From assembly GCA_018385135.1 (NCBI GenBank), contig JAHAWY010000041.1:25-64024 (forward strand): a stretch of DNA of 64,000 nt, in the 5' to 3' direction. A program made the position numbers and the translations under genes. This document shows positions 47,508-56,730 of the stretch, in pieces. Below the pieces are notes generated by a model. The model was not told the origin of the DNA. It saw only the letters and a list, made by a program, of their open reading frames with translations, and did not search any database. Within the stretch, counting starts at the first letter, position 1, and every line of letters begins with the position of its first letter. The stretch comes from Oscillospiraceae bacterium. GTDB taxonomy: Bacteria; Bacillota; Clostridia; Oscillospirales; Oscillospiraceae.

Positions 47508-49730
47508 TTGAAGGTTATCCATCTTATCAGCGGCGGTGACACAGGCGGCGCAAAAACCCATATTCACTATCTTCTCTCAGGCTTGAGCAAGACCATAGAC
47601 GCAACCCTTGTATGCTTCATGCGAGGCGAGTTTTCAGATGAGGCAGAGGCTCTGGGCATCCCCACCATCGTCATCGAAGGCAGCCTTATCAGCGCTGTTG
47701 CCGAGGTAAAGGCGCTTCTTCGTTCGGGACACTACGATATTATCCACTCCCACGGCGCGCGCGGCAACTTTATCGCAAGCCTGGTCAAGCGCTCTGTCGG
47801 TTTGCCCGTTGTCACCACGGTTCACAGTGACCCCAAGCTAGACTATTTGGGTCGTCCGCTTGCAGGTCTGGTTTACGGCTCGCTTAACAGATACGCTCTG
47901 CGCAGCGCGGATTATCTTGTCGGCGTTTCGCAGGCAATGAAAGATCTGCTGGTAAGCCGCGGCTTTTCTCCGAATAAAATATTCACTATATATAACGGCG
48001 TTGACTTCTCCGTTGAACCTCAGTGCGCCGACCGGCTTGCCTATCTGCGCGGGCTGGGGCTTGACTGTGACGAAAACAGCGTCGTAGTCGGCATTGCCGC
48101 GCGTTTAGACCCTGTTAAAGACATCCCAACCCTGCTGCGCGGCTTTGCCTATGCCGCAGCACGTCAAGAGCAGCTTCGTCTTGTCATCGCGGGCGACGGC
48201 GCACAGAAAGCAGAGCTTGAAGCTCTTGCGCGTGAACTGGGAATTGAAAAGAAGGTCTGCTTCGCCGGATGGATAAACGGCGTTGACCGTTTTTTTGCCT
48301 CTATCGACATAAACACTCTCACCTCTCTTTCGGAAACCTTTCCCTATGCTCTCACCGAGGGTGCAAGAGCAAAGCTTCCCGCCGTCAGCTCCCGTGTAGG
48401 CGGCGTACCTATGCTCATTCAAGACGGACAGACCGGCTATCTTTTCAAGCCCGGAGACCATGAAACTCTCGGTAAACGCTTAGAGGCACTTGCAGCGGAC
48501 GGGGCTTTGCGCCGCCGTCTGGGCGAGGCTATATATAACAAAGCAAAATGCGACTTTTCCGTTGAGGCGACCACGCGCACGCAGATAGATATTTATGAAG
48601 AAATCCTCCACCGTGAGAGCATCAAGGCAAGGGGGCTGCGCAGCGGCATCGTGATCTGCGGCGCTTACGGTATGGGCAACGCGGGAGACGACGCGATTTT
48701 GGAGGCGATCATCGGCGAGATGCGCAATATCGCCCCCGGTCTGCCCATTACCGCCCTTTCTCGCAAGCCAAAGGAAACACGCCTTAAATACGGCGTGGAC
48801 AGCGTTCATATGTTCGACCTTTACGGCTTTCGCCGCGTGATGAAGCACACACAGCTATATATCAGCGGCGGCGGCAGCCTTATTCAAAACGTTACCTCGC
48901 GGCGCAGCCTGTGGTACTATCTATATACGATAAAAACAGCAAAGCGTCTCGGAAACGACGTTATGATGTACGGCTGCGGTATCGGTCCTATTGTTGACAG
49001 CCGCGACGAGTCAAAGGTTCGGGACGTACTCAACTCCTGTGTTGACGTTATCACGCTGCGCGAGGAATTCAGCCTTTCGGAGCTTAGGCGCTTCGGCGTA
49101 ACGAAGCCTAAGATGCGCGTTTCCTCCGACCCCGCGCTCACGCTCATGCCCGCCCCTGCCGATACAGTTGACGAGGAGCTTAAAAAATACGGGCTTGACC
49201 CGTTTGGCAGCTATGTCTGCTTCTCCGTCAGAAGCTGGACGGACTTTACCCAAAAAGCCCCCGAATTTGCCAAGGCGGCAGATTATGTTGCAGACGAGCT
49301 GGGGCTAACACCTGTTTTTATCCTCATAAACCACCGCGAGGACGGCGAGGCGACAGACCTTGTCCGCACGATGATGAAAAACGAGGCAGCCGTTATCGGC
49401 AGTACAATGAATTCCGCGCTCACCATCGGTCTGCTCTCGCGTATGAAGGCAGTCGTTTCCATGCGTCTGCACGCGCTCATTTTCGCAGCGTCCCAGGGTG
49501 TGCCGCTTGTCGGCGTGTCCTATGACCCCAAGGTTACAGCCTTTTTGGACAGCGTGAGCGAGGAGCGCTGCATTCCCTTTGCCGATATGACGGCGGAAAA
49601 TCTGAGCGATATGATAAGCCGCGCCGTACGTCTTTATGACGATAAGGAGCGGAGACGGCAGACGGTTGAACGCCTCATAGCCGCCGAAACAATAAACTGC
49701 GAGTTTGCGCGAGCTCTGCTGGAAAAATGA
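47508..49730 (+). CDS. Fusion protein: family-4 glycosyltransferase and polysaccharide pyruvyl transferase (CsaB-like)
   Basis: The N-terminal half is GT4-like (VIHLISGGDTGGAKTH, ETFPYALTEGARAKLPAVSSRVGGVPMLIQDG). The C-terminal half is CsaB-like (IVICGAYGMGNAGDDAILEAI, SMRLHALIFAA). TTG at 47508 follows a GGAGG RBS. Confidence 0.8.
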   Translation: MKVIHLISGGDTGGAKTHIHYLLSGLSKTIDATLVCFMRGEFSDEAEALGIPTIVIEGSLISAVAEVKALLRSGHYDIIHSHGARGNFIASLVKRSVGLPVVTTVHSDPKLDYLGRPLAGLVYGSLNRYALRSADYLVGVSQAMKDLLVSRGFSPNKIFTIYNGVDFSVEPQCADRLAYLRGLGLDCDENSVVVGIAARLDPVKDIPTLLRGFAYAAARQEQLRLVIAGDGAQKAELEALARELGIEKKVCFAGWINGVDRFFASIDINTLTSLSETFPYALTEGARAKLPAVSSRVGGVPMLIQDGQTGYLFKPGDHETLGKRLEALAADGALRRRLGEAIYNKAKCDFSVEATTRTQIDIYEEILHRESIKARGLRSGIVICGAYGMGNAGDDAILEAIIGEMRNIAPGLPITALSRKPKETRLKYGVDSVHMFDLYGFRRVMKHTQLYISGGGSLIQNVTSRRSLWYYLYTIKTAKRLGNDVMMYGCGIGPIVDSRDESKVRDVLNSCVDVITLREEFSLSELRRFGVTKPKMRVSSDPALTLMPAPADTVDEELKKYGLDPFGSYVCFSVRSWTDFTQKAPEFAKAADYVADELGLTPVFILINHREDGEATDLVRTMMKNEAAVIGSTMNSALTIGLLSRMKAVVSMRLHALIFAASQGVPLVGVSYDPKVTAFLDSVSEERCIPFADMTAENLSDMISRAVRLYDDKERRRQTVERLIAAETINCEFARALLEK

Positions 49731-49767
49731 TTGCACGCTTTGAAGCTAAAAGAATGGAAGTGGAAGA

Positions 49768-50376
49768 ATGGTCAAAACAGCGGTTTTGGTGTCCGGTGGA
49801 GGGCTCAACCTGCAATCGCTGCTGGATGCAAAGCTTTTTGGCGAGCTGCCAGAATGCGAAATAACGGCGGTTATCAGCTCCAGACCCGACGCCTATGCGC
49901 TCATGCGCGCCGAGGCAGCGCTCGTTCCCACATATATAATTGACCGAGAGCTGTTCCCGAACGAGAGCGTTTTTGCGCAGGCGGTATCGGATAAGCTGAA
50001 AGACCTTGATATTGAGCTTATCGTAATCGCGGGCTTTGACCATAAGCTCCCGTCCTCCGTTTTCAAGCGCTTTTCAGGCAGAATTATTGACACCTGCCCC
50101 ATGCTGCCGAACAGCGAGGACGAGCAGGCGGGTGCCTCCGCCTTTTTTGTAACGGAAAATGCCGAGGAACGCCTTTATATCATTAGCCAAACGGTCGATG
50201 TTGAGGACTATCAAACACCCGAAGCGCGAAAGCAGCGGCTGCTGGAGGAGGGGGAAAACGTCGTTCTTCCCAAGGCTGTGTCACTCTTTTGCACAGGGCA
50301 GTTGAGACTTGAGGACGGCAGCGTACATATCCTCTGCCCCGAACAAGAAAAGCAGAGTCCCCCTTGCCACGCATAG
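49768..50376 (+). CDS. PurN-like formyltransferase-fold protein lacking the canonical catalytic residues
   Basis: The N-terminus AVLVSGGGLNLQSLLDA...VISSRPDAYAL...LIVIAGF is collinear with PurN. However, NIHPSLLP is replaced by IDTCPMLP and about 20 residues are missing. Confidence 0.65.
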   Translation: MVKTAVLVSGGGLNLQSLLDAKLFGELPECEITAVISSRPDAYALMRAEAALVPTYIIDRELFPNESVFAQAVSDKLKDLDIELIVIAGFDHKLPSSVFKRFSGRIIDTCPMLPNSEDEQAGASAFFVTENAEERLYIISQTVDVEDYQTPEARKQRLLEEGENVVLPKAVSLFCTGQLRLEDGSVHILCPEQEKQSPPCHA

Positions 50377-50384
50377 CATACAGC

Positions 50385-50418
50385 AAAAAACGCCGCTCCT
50401 TTCGGAGCGGCGTTTTAA
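50385..50418. terminator. Bidirectional terminator between convergent genes
   Basis: aaaacgccgctcc-tttc-ggagcggcgtttt. Confidence 0.8.
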
Positions 50419-50432
50419 GACTTTTATATTGC

Positions 50433-51413
50433 TTATTCGTCGTGCTTGTCGTTCACCTTGACCTGTCTTCTTTTGCGAACGGCTTTAACTATCAACACAA
50501 CCACAACGGCAGCGACCGCGAGCACCACCATAACGGGCAGAGCCGCAACAAGGAATTTGAGGAGGTTTTTAAAAAAGCGTCCGATGCCTTTCAGTGACCG
50601 TATAAACGCCTCTTTGAGCTGCTCGCCATAGCTGAGCGTGGCGGGACTGTCCTCAGAGTAGAGCGTGACTTCCCGAAGCTCAAGCTCCAGCGTAGAGTAG
50701 CTGACTTTGTTGTCCCAGTTTTTGATTTGCGAGGTCAGACTCTCGATTTCATAGCGGATTTCGGAAAGGCGCTGCTCAATGGTAATGATGTCCTCTACCG
50801 TTTCCGCCTTTGCCAGCAGCTCCAAAAGACGAGTCTCCTCGGTCTGACGCGCGGCAAGCTTGGAGCTTGTGTCATTATACTGCATAGTGATATTCTCGGC
50901 ATTGGTGGAGCTGTAAGGCACATTGCCGATGGCGGAGAGCCCCTCGTTGAAGCCATTGAAGCTCTCAGCGGGGATGCGCAGCGTGTAGTTCGCACGGCGG
51001 TAGCTCTTAGCGCCGCTGTGCAGGCTGTTAAAGTCGCTGCCGGTAATGTCCGAATACTGGATGAAGCCTCCGCAGTCCGAAAGCATTTTCATCAGATCCT
51101 CGATGGACTTTTCAAATTCCAGCGTCTCAACGCAGGCATAGCCGCTGTATATAATCTTTTCGGCGGGGTTTTGCGGCACCGTCTGCGCGTTTTCCTGCTG
51201 CTCGGTGTTATCTACACCCGAAGTGAAATTTAACTCCATCATATCCGAGTCATAGCTTTCCTCAACCACAGACATTGGCATCTCTTGAGATTCGGAATAT
51301 GCCATGTCGTAGGCTTCCGACTCCGACGCCGGCAAATTTGCGCCGCAGCCGGAAAAAACGAGAGCTATGACAAGCAGCAAGGCAAGAGCCGAAAATAGCT
51401 TTCTGTTTTTCAT
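50433..51413 (-). CDS. DUF4349-like lipoprotein with a C-terminal TM anchor
   Basis: Lipobox VFSGCG, a central coiled-coil region and a C-terminal hydrophobic helix LVAALPVMVVLAVAAVVVVLIV. Confidence 0.65.
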   Translation of the reverse strand: MKNRKLFSALALLLVIALVFSGCGANLPASESEAYDMAYSESQEMPMSVVEESYDSDMMELNFTSGVDNTEQQENAQTVPQNPAEKIIYSGYACVETLEFEKSIEDLMKMLSDCGGFIQYSDITGSDFNSLHSGAKSYRRANYTLRIPAESFNGFNEGLSAIGNVPYSSTNAENITMQYNDTSSKLAARQTEETRLLELLAKAETVEDIITIEQRLSEIRYEIESLTSQIKNWDNKVSYSTLELELREVTLYSEDSPATLSYGEQLKEAFIRSLKGIGRFFKNLLKFLVAALPVMVVLAVAAVVVVLIVKAVRKRRQVKVNDKHDE

Positions 51414-51521
51414 TATACACCTCCGCGTTTATTACTTCCCTCCGCGGTGTCACACACCCACGGGCTTATGTCCTTATGACGGAGATACGGGAAAATTGTT
51501 TCCAATTCTTTTCATTTCTCG

Positions 51522-51929
51522 CTAAAGCGTTCCCAGATAGCCCTCTAAAATCAGAGTCGCCGCCACTGCGTCCACATTTTTGCGGTGGTCTTTCATTTTT
51601 TTGCCGTTGGCATGAAGAATGCTGTGGGCGGCAATGCTGGTGCGGCGTTCATCCCAAAGGATAACGGGCAGGTCGCAGCGGCTCTCAAGCAGGGCTTTGA
51701 GCTGCTCGCTTTTCTCCGCTCGTGCGCCGAGCGTGCCGTCCATATTCTTAGGATAGCCCAGCACAAGGCGCTCAACGCCGCGCTCCCTCGCAGCAGTTGC
51801 TATCGCGTCCGCCACGCGCTCTATGCTGTATTCGTTTATAGTCCACGCCTCGCCCGCCAGCGTTGCGCTCAGGTCGGACACGGCAAGCCCCGTGCGTGCG
51901 TCACCATAGTCTATCGCCATTATTCTCAT
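51522..51929 (-). CDS. ruvX: Holliday junction resolvase-like / pre-16S rRNA nuclease RuvX (YqgF)
   Basis: MRIMAIDYGDARTGLAVSD. The ATGA overlaps the folT stop. Trimmed from the longer track ORF. Confidence 0.88.
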   Translation of the reverse strand: MRIMAIDYGDARTGLAVSDLSATLAGEAWTINEYSIERVADAIATAARERGVERLVLGYPKNMDGTLGARAEKSEQLKALLESRCDLPVILWDERRTSIAAHSILHANGKKMKDHRKNVDAVAATLILEGYLGTL

Positions 51930-52438
51930 GCTTTTCCTCGCTTCAAGCTTGCCGCCAGCTTTGCAAGCAGCGGAAGCAATACCAGATGCACCGGAACAAG
52001 CACAGCATACTGTGCCAGTCTGTATGTAAACCAGCCCCAATAGCCACGGCTTGAGTAAAGCATCGTTACCCAGATCGTGTTAACAAAAAGCCCTAGAATA
52101 AGGCAGTTTATCAAAGTCGGCAGCAGTATATTCGGAAAGAATTTCGGCTTAGGCTTATTGTATAAAAACAGCCCATAGTCAGCGCCCATAAGAAAGGCAA
52201 CGGCGGTAAAGCCCGGAAAATACGGACCGATTGGAAATAAAATCGCCCCCAGCAGGTCGGCAAGCGCTCCGCACACGCCCGCTACAAGCGGACCGTTGAG
52301 CATTGCGCAAAGCGCGATTGGAACAAAGCTGAGACCTATTTTCAGTCCGAACGTATTTATGGACAAAAAGCGGTTGAGGATAATTTCAAGGGCGATTGTA
52401 AGCGCCGCCTGACAAAGGATAACGGTTGTTTTTTTCAA
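51926..52438 (-). CDS. folT: ECF transporter S component, folate family (FolT-like)
   Basis: Six-TM protein starting LEIILNRFLSI...GLSFVPIALCAM, located directly downstream of folC. TTG start after a GGGAG RBS. Confidence 0.75.
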   Translation of the reverse strand: MKKTTVILCQAALTIALEIILNRFLSINTFGLKIGLSFVPIALCAMLNGPLVAGVCGALADLLGAILFPIGPYFPGFTAVAFLMGADYGLFLYNKPKPKFFPNILLPTLINCLILGLFVNTIWVTMLYSSRGYWGWFTYRLAQYAVLVPVHLVLLPLLAKLAASLKRGKA

Positions 52439-52501
52439 TTTAATTCTCCCTTTCGTGCGCCGCTCCCGCTGCGGGGCAGCGGCTCTGTATGCGGCGGCAG
52501 C

Positions 52502-53800
52502 TTATTTGCTGAAATAGCTTCGCACAGCCCCTGCGGAATACAGCGAGCCGACAGAGCATACAACGCCGTTTTTTCCCGCGAGCGCCCTCGCCGCTTCGAT
52601 TGCACTCTCAATACTGCCGTAAGCCTCAACCGGCTTTCCGAAAACACGCAGCTTATCAGCAAGCTCCTGCGCCGAAAGTGCGCGTGGGCTTGGCGGCGTT
52701 ATCGTAATAAAAGCGTCCGCCGCCTCATTGAGAAAGCCCGCAAGACCCATATAGTCCTTATCGGCGAGAACGCCGAACATAACAACGGTCTTGCGTCCGG
52801 GAAAGTATTCTTTAAGGCTTTCGGCGACCGTTTCCGCACACTGCGGATTGTGTCCGCCATCTACAACGAAATAGGGACTCTCGGACACTATCTCAAAGCG
52901 CGCGGGCCATTTTGTTGATAAAAAGCCTTGGCGGACGGACTCTTTCCCTGTCTCAAGCCCCTGCGAGCGCAGAACGGCGATCGTTTCAAGCGCGACGGCA
53001 GCGTTTTGAAGCTGGTGAGCACCGAGAAGGGGAAGCTTAAGGCGCTCATATTCTTTATAGCTGAAGCACTGACCGGCAAGCCCGTCTGAAATCGGCTCGA
53101 TTTTTGAGAAATCCGCCGCTGTGAGACAAGAGTCCCGCTCGGCGCAGCGCGCTGCTATCACGCCGCGCACGCTCTGCGGCAAATCGTAAATAACTGTCGG
53201 GCAGCCTTGCTTGACGATCCCCGCCTTTTCAGCAGCGATTTTCTCCACCGTGTCTCCCAACTCTCGCGTATGGTCAAGACCGATATTGGCGATGACGCTG
53301 CAAAGCGGCGCTTTTATAACATTTGTAGAGTCGAGCCTGCCGCCCATGCCCACCTCAAGCACCACAACATCGCAGCTTCGGCGGTGAAAAAACTCAAAGG
53401 CAATAGCCGTTACCAGTTCAAATTCGGTGGGCGCGTCCTCCATGGAAAGCGCCAGCGGCGCGCAAAAGCCGGTAATCTCGGCAAGCTCGCTGTCCGTAAT
53501 CGGCTCGCCGTTGACCTGCATTCGCTCGTTAAAGCACGAAATATACGGCGAGGTGTATAGCCCGGTTCGGTATCCCGCGCATTTAAGCGCCGAGGCAAGC
53601 ATTGCAGAGGTCGAGCCCTTGCCGTTCGTTCCCGCAACGTGTACAAAGCGCAGTTTGTCCTGCGGGTCGCCCATTTTTTGCAAAAGCTCTTTTGTTCTGG
53701 AAAGTCCCGGCTTTGAGCCGAGCCAGAGCTTGCGGTGGATAAAATCAATTGCCTCGTCTGCGGTCAAGATGCTTCGCCTCCGTAAACGTTTTTCTTCCAT
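52502..53800 (-). CDS. folC: Folylpolyglutamate synthase / dihydrofolate synthase
   Basis: HVAGTNGKGSTSAM P-loop in a Mur-ligase-like architecture. Confidence 0.9.
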   Translation of the reverse strand: MEEKRLRRRSILTADEAIDFIHRKLWLGSKPGLSRTKELLQKMGDPQDKLRFVHVAGTNGKGSTSAMLASALKCAGYRTGLYTSPYISCFNERMQVNGEPITDSELAEITGFCAPLALSMEDAPTEFELVTAIAFEFFHRRSCDVVVLEVGMGGRLDSTNVIKAPLCSVIANIGLDHTRELGDTVEKIAAEKAGIVKQGCPTVIYDLPQSVRGVIAARCAERDSCLTAADFSKIEPISDGLAGQCFSYKEYERLKLPLLGAHQLQNAAVALETIAVLRSQGLETGKESVRQGFLSTKWPARFEIVSESPYFVVDGGHNPQCAETVAESLKEYFPGRKTVVMFGVLADKDYMGLAGFLNEAADAFITITPPSPRALSAQELADKLRVFGKPVEAYGSIESAIEAARALAGKNGVVCSVGSLYSAGAVRSYFSK

Positions 53801-54011
53801 TTCCTGACCAGTATATCACGCCCGAAGCGCCGAGCGCAACGCCAAAGAATTTCTTGTAGCATTGACCGAAAAAAAGCCCCTCAGCCATCCTTCGCTGACA
53901 CATTTTACCCCGGCGACACCATTAATACAAAGTTTTGCACTAAAAATCATCCGTCAAAGCTCAAAGTGGGCGGCAATATGGACATTTACAATAAAAAAGC
54001 TTAAAAACCTG

Positions 54012-54040
54012 TTGACCGCACCAAAAAGCTGTGTTAAAAT
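54012..54040 (+). promoter_or_regulatory. Sigma-A promoter of rpmG-secE-nusG-rplK-rplA
   Basis: TTGACC (54012-54017), 17 nt, TGtTAAAAT extended -10 (hexamer 54035-54040). Confidence 0.6.
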
Positions 54041-54165
54041 ACACATTACCTGTCGGCGGAGAGGCTTATTTTTTGTGCGCAAAAAAGCTTAGCCGCACAG
54101 CTCCGCCCTACACAGGGAGGCAACACCGGGCATAAAAGCCCTAATACTACAAGGAGGTGCCGAAA

Positions 54166-54315
54166 ATGCGAGTAAAAGTCACTCTCAGATGCAACGAGTG
54201 CAAGCAGAGGAACTACAACACGTTCAAAAACAAGAAGAACACTCCGGACAAGCTTGAAATGAACAAATATTGTCCTTTCTGCCGCAAGCACACCGTGCAT
54301 TCGGAAACAAAGTAG
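54166..54315 (+). CDS. rpmG: 50S ribosomal protein L33 (4-Cys form); below the ORF-track size cutoff
   Basis: My own translation is [59 protein letters not shown]. Confidence 0.92.
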   Translation: MRVKVTLRCNECKQRNYNTFKNKKNTPDKLEMNKYCPFCRKHTVHSETK

Positions 54316-54338
54316 GTTTTTAGAAAGGATGTGCTCTT

Positions 54339-54611
54339 ATGTCTAAAGCGAAAGAACAAGCTCTGAAAAAGACCACCGAAGCCGTTAAAAAACCTGCTGC
54401 AAACGAAAAACTGAATGTTTTTCAGCGTATGAGCCGTTGGTTCCGCGAGCTGAAAAGCGAGCTTAAAAAGGTAGTTTGGCCGACAAGACAGCAAACTCAG
54501 AACAACACCCTAGTTGCTCTGGCGGTTATGCTTGTTTTCGCGGTAATTCTTTGGGGCTTTGACACTGTCGCCCAGGCAGCTGTTCATGCTCTCATCCGTT
54601 TAGCAGGTTAA
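54339..54611 (+). CDS. secE: Preprotein translocase subunit SecE
   Basis: FFRELKSELKKVVWPTRQQ followed by a single TM. Confidence 0.9.
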   Translation: MSKAKEQALKKTTEAVKKPAANEKLNVFQRMSRWFRELKSELKKVVWPTRQQTQNNTLVALAVMLVFAVILWGFDTVAQAAVHALIRLAG

Positions 54612-54616
54612 CTGCC

Positions 54617-55141
54617 ATGGCAGAGGAAGCAAAGTGGTATGTAGTGCATACCTATTCCGGCTATGAAAACGCGGTTGCGGCCGCCATTCTCAAGGCTGCG
54701 GAAAACCGCAAAATGCAAGACCTCATAACAGAGGTCAATCTTCCGACGGAAACCATTACCGAGCATACCGACAAGGGCGAGAAGGATGTAGAGCACAAGG
54801 TCTACCCCGGCTATGTCTTTGTCAAAATGATACTCACCGATGAAAGCTGGCATCTGGTTAGAAATGTTCGCGGTGTCACCGGCTTTGTCGGGAGCGACGG
54901 CAAGGCAGTCCCGCTCACGGAGCAGGAAATCCTTGACCTCGGCGTTGAACGCCACGAAACGGCAGCAGGCTTTAATGTCGGTGACAGCGTGAAAGTCATT
55001 GACGGTCCGCTGGACGGCTTCCTCGGAGTCGTTGACGAGGTGGATACAGCCAAGAGCCGTGTCCGCGTTATCGTTTCCATGTTCGGCAGGGAGACGCCGG
55101 TCGATTTGGACTATTACCAAATCGAACTTGTAACAGAATAA
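54617..55141 (+). CDS. nusG: Transcription termination/antitermination factor NusG
   Basis: WYVVHTYSGYEN NGN start and KOW motif VKVIDGPLDGFLGVV. Confidence 0.93.
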   Translation: MAEEAKWYVVHTYSGYENAVAAAILKAAENRKMQDLITEVNLPTETITEHTDKGEKDVEHKVYPGYVFVKMILTDESWHLVRNVRGVTGFVGSDGKAVPLTEQEILDLGVERHETAAGFNVGDSVKVIDGPLDGFLGVVDEVDTAKSRVRVIVSMFGRETPVDLDYYQIELVTE

Positions 55142-55157
55142 TTAGGAGGTGCTCACT

Positions 55158-55586
55158 GTGGCACAGAAAGTTGTTGGATATGTAAAATTCCAGGTTCCTG
55201 CGGGCAAGGCAACACCTGCTCCCCCCGTAGGTCCCGCCCTTGGTCAGTACGGTATCAATATCGGTCAGTTCACCAAGGATTTTAACGACCGCACAAAGAA
55301 CGACATCGGCATGATGATCCCCGTAGTCATCACTGTTTACGCCGACCGTACCTTCTCTTTCATCACCAAGACCCCCCCGACCGCCCTTCTTATCAAGAAG
55401 GAGCTTGGTATTGAGCATGCTTCCGGCGTTCCCCAGCGCGACAAGGTCGGCACACTCAGCCGCGAGTCCCTGCGCAAGATCGCCGAAATCAAGATGCCCG
55501 ATCTCAACTGCACCGATATCGAGTCCGCAATGAGCATGGTTGCCGGCACCTGCCGCAGCATGGGCGTTCTCGTAGCAGCGGAGTAA
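55158..55586 (+). CDS. rplK: 50S ribosomal protein L11
   Basis: [29 protein letters not shown] at 55158 sits 8 nt after AGGAGG. Confidence 0.93.
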   Translation: MAQKVVGYVKFQVPAGKATPAPPVGPALGQYGINIGQFTKDFNDRTKNDIGMMIPVVITVYADRTFSFITKTPPTALLIKKELGIEHASGVPQRDKVGTLSRESLRKIAEIKMPDLNCTDIESAMSMVAGTCRSMGVLVAAE

Positions 55587-55664
55587 TTCATCCGCTCTTT
55601 CCCCAAGTGGGAGGATACCTATTCGGGTATCTGCCTAACCACACTACAAGGAGGATAAACTAAA

Positions 55665-56360
55665 TTGTTTAAAGGTAAGAATTATAAAGAGAGCGCGAAG
55701 CTCATAGATAAAGCAACGCTTTACGACCCCACCGAAGCTTTTGACCTCGTTATAAAGGCATCCAAGGCAAAGTTCGACGAGACCGTCGAGCTGCACGTCA
55801 AGCTCGGTGTTGACAGCCGCCACGCTGACCAGCAGGTTCGCGGCGCTATCGTTCTCCCCCACGGCACCGGCAAGACCCGCAAGGTTCTTGTTTTCTGCAA
55901 GCCCGAGCGTGAAGAGGAAGCCAAGGAAGCCGGCGCTGATTTTGTCGGCGGTCAGGAGCTTGTTGACAAAATCACAGGTGAAAACTGGTTTGATTACGAC
56001 GTAGTCGTCGCAACCCCCGACATGATGGGCGTTGTCGGTCGTCTCGGTAAGGTTCTCGGTCCTAAGGGTCTTATGCCTACCCCCAAGGCAGGCACCGTTA
56101 CCCCCAACCTTGCTCAGGCAATCAAGGAAATCAAGGCAGGTAAGATTGAGTACCGTCTTGATAAGACCAACATCATCCACTGCCCCGTCGGCAAGGTAAG
56201 CTTTGGTACAGAAAAGCTCAATGAGAACTTCAACGCTCTCATCGGCGCCATCATCAAAGCCAAGCCCGCCGCTGCAAAGGGTCAGTATATTAAAAGCTGC
56301 GTCACCGCTTCCACGATGGGACCCGGCGTAAAAATCAATCAGGCAAAGCTCGTTGGCTGA
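55665..56360 (+). CDS. rplA: 50S ribosomal protein L1
   Basis: [24 protein letters not shown]...[27 protein letters not shown] start after an AAGGAGG RBS. Confidence 0.93.
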   Translation: MFKGKNYKESAKLIDKATLYDPTEAFDLVIKASKAKFDETVELHVKLGVDSRHADQQVRGAIVLPHGTGKTRKVLVFCKPEREEEAKEAGADFVGGQELVDKITGENWFDYDVVVATPDMMGVVGRLGKVLGPKGLMPTPKAGTVTPNLAQAIKEIKAGKIEYRLDKTNIIHCPVGKVSFGTEKLNENFNALIGAIIKAKPAAAKGQYIKSCVTASTMGPGVKINQAKLVG

Positions 56361-56380
56361 TATGCCGACCTTAGCTTTCA

Positions 56381-56415
56381 AAAACCCCGCCCTCAACGCG
56401 GGGTTTTTTTATTTT
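56381..56415 (+). terminator. Strong intrinsic terminator directly after rplA
   Basis: aaaaccccgc-cctcaac-gcggggtttttttatttt. Confidence 0.85.
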
Positions 56416-56535
56416 TCCTTGTTGAGTCAATTTTTCAAAAGTGTTTCGCTTACTGTGAATTTTCTTTACTTTTGTCTGTAATTTGTGCAAATTTCTGAAC
56501 ATTTTAAACAAAAATTCTATTAAATCGTCTTAGTG

Positions 56536-56571
56536 AATTGATTGACAATTGTGGTGTAATTGATTTATATT
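56536..56571 (+). promoter_or_regulatory. Promoter of the unknown membrane-protein gene, with three phased AATTG repeats
   Basis: TTGACA (56542-56547), 18 nt, TATATT (56566-56571). AATTG occurs at 56536, 56547 and 56558, exactly 11 bp apart. Confidence 0.5.
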
Positions 56572-56730
56572 TTAGTTGTCAGTGTCAGGCTGTTTCGCAG
56601 CTTGATCGGCTTTCAGCTTCTGCCGATTTGAGAGAGTAATAAACAAAGGCGGATTGCTTTGTTCGGTCGGTCAGGCTGCCATAAAAGCAGTCTGTATCTG
56701 AAAAACCACATATTTAAAGGAGAGAGAATA

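Noticed and set aside
53862-54092. A 76-aa plus-strand ORF in the folC / rpmG divergent region.
   Set aside because: It overlaps the rpmG operon promoter, has a non-ATG start without an RBS and shows no motif.
55590-55664. A hairpin gatacc-tattcg-ggtatc in the rplK-rplA spacer, considered as a possible L1 autoregulatory site.
   Set aside because: It is short and I cannot match it to the 23S L1-stalk mimic by eye. It needs a covariance model, so it is not reported as a feature.
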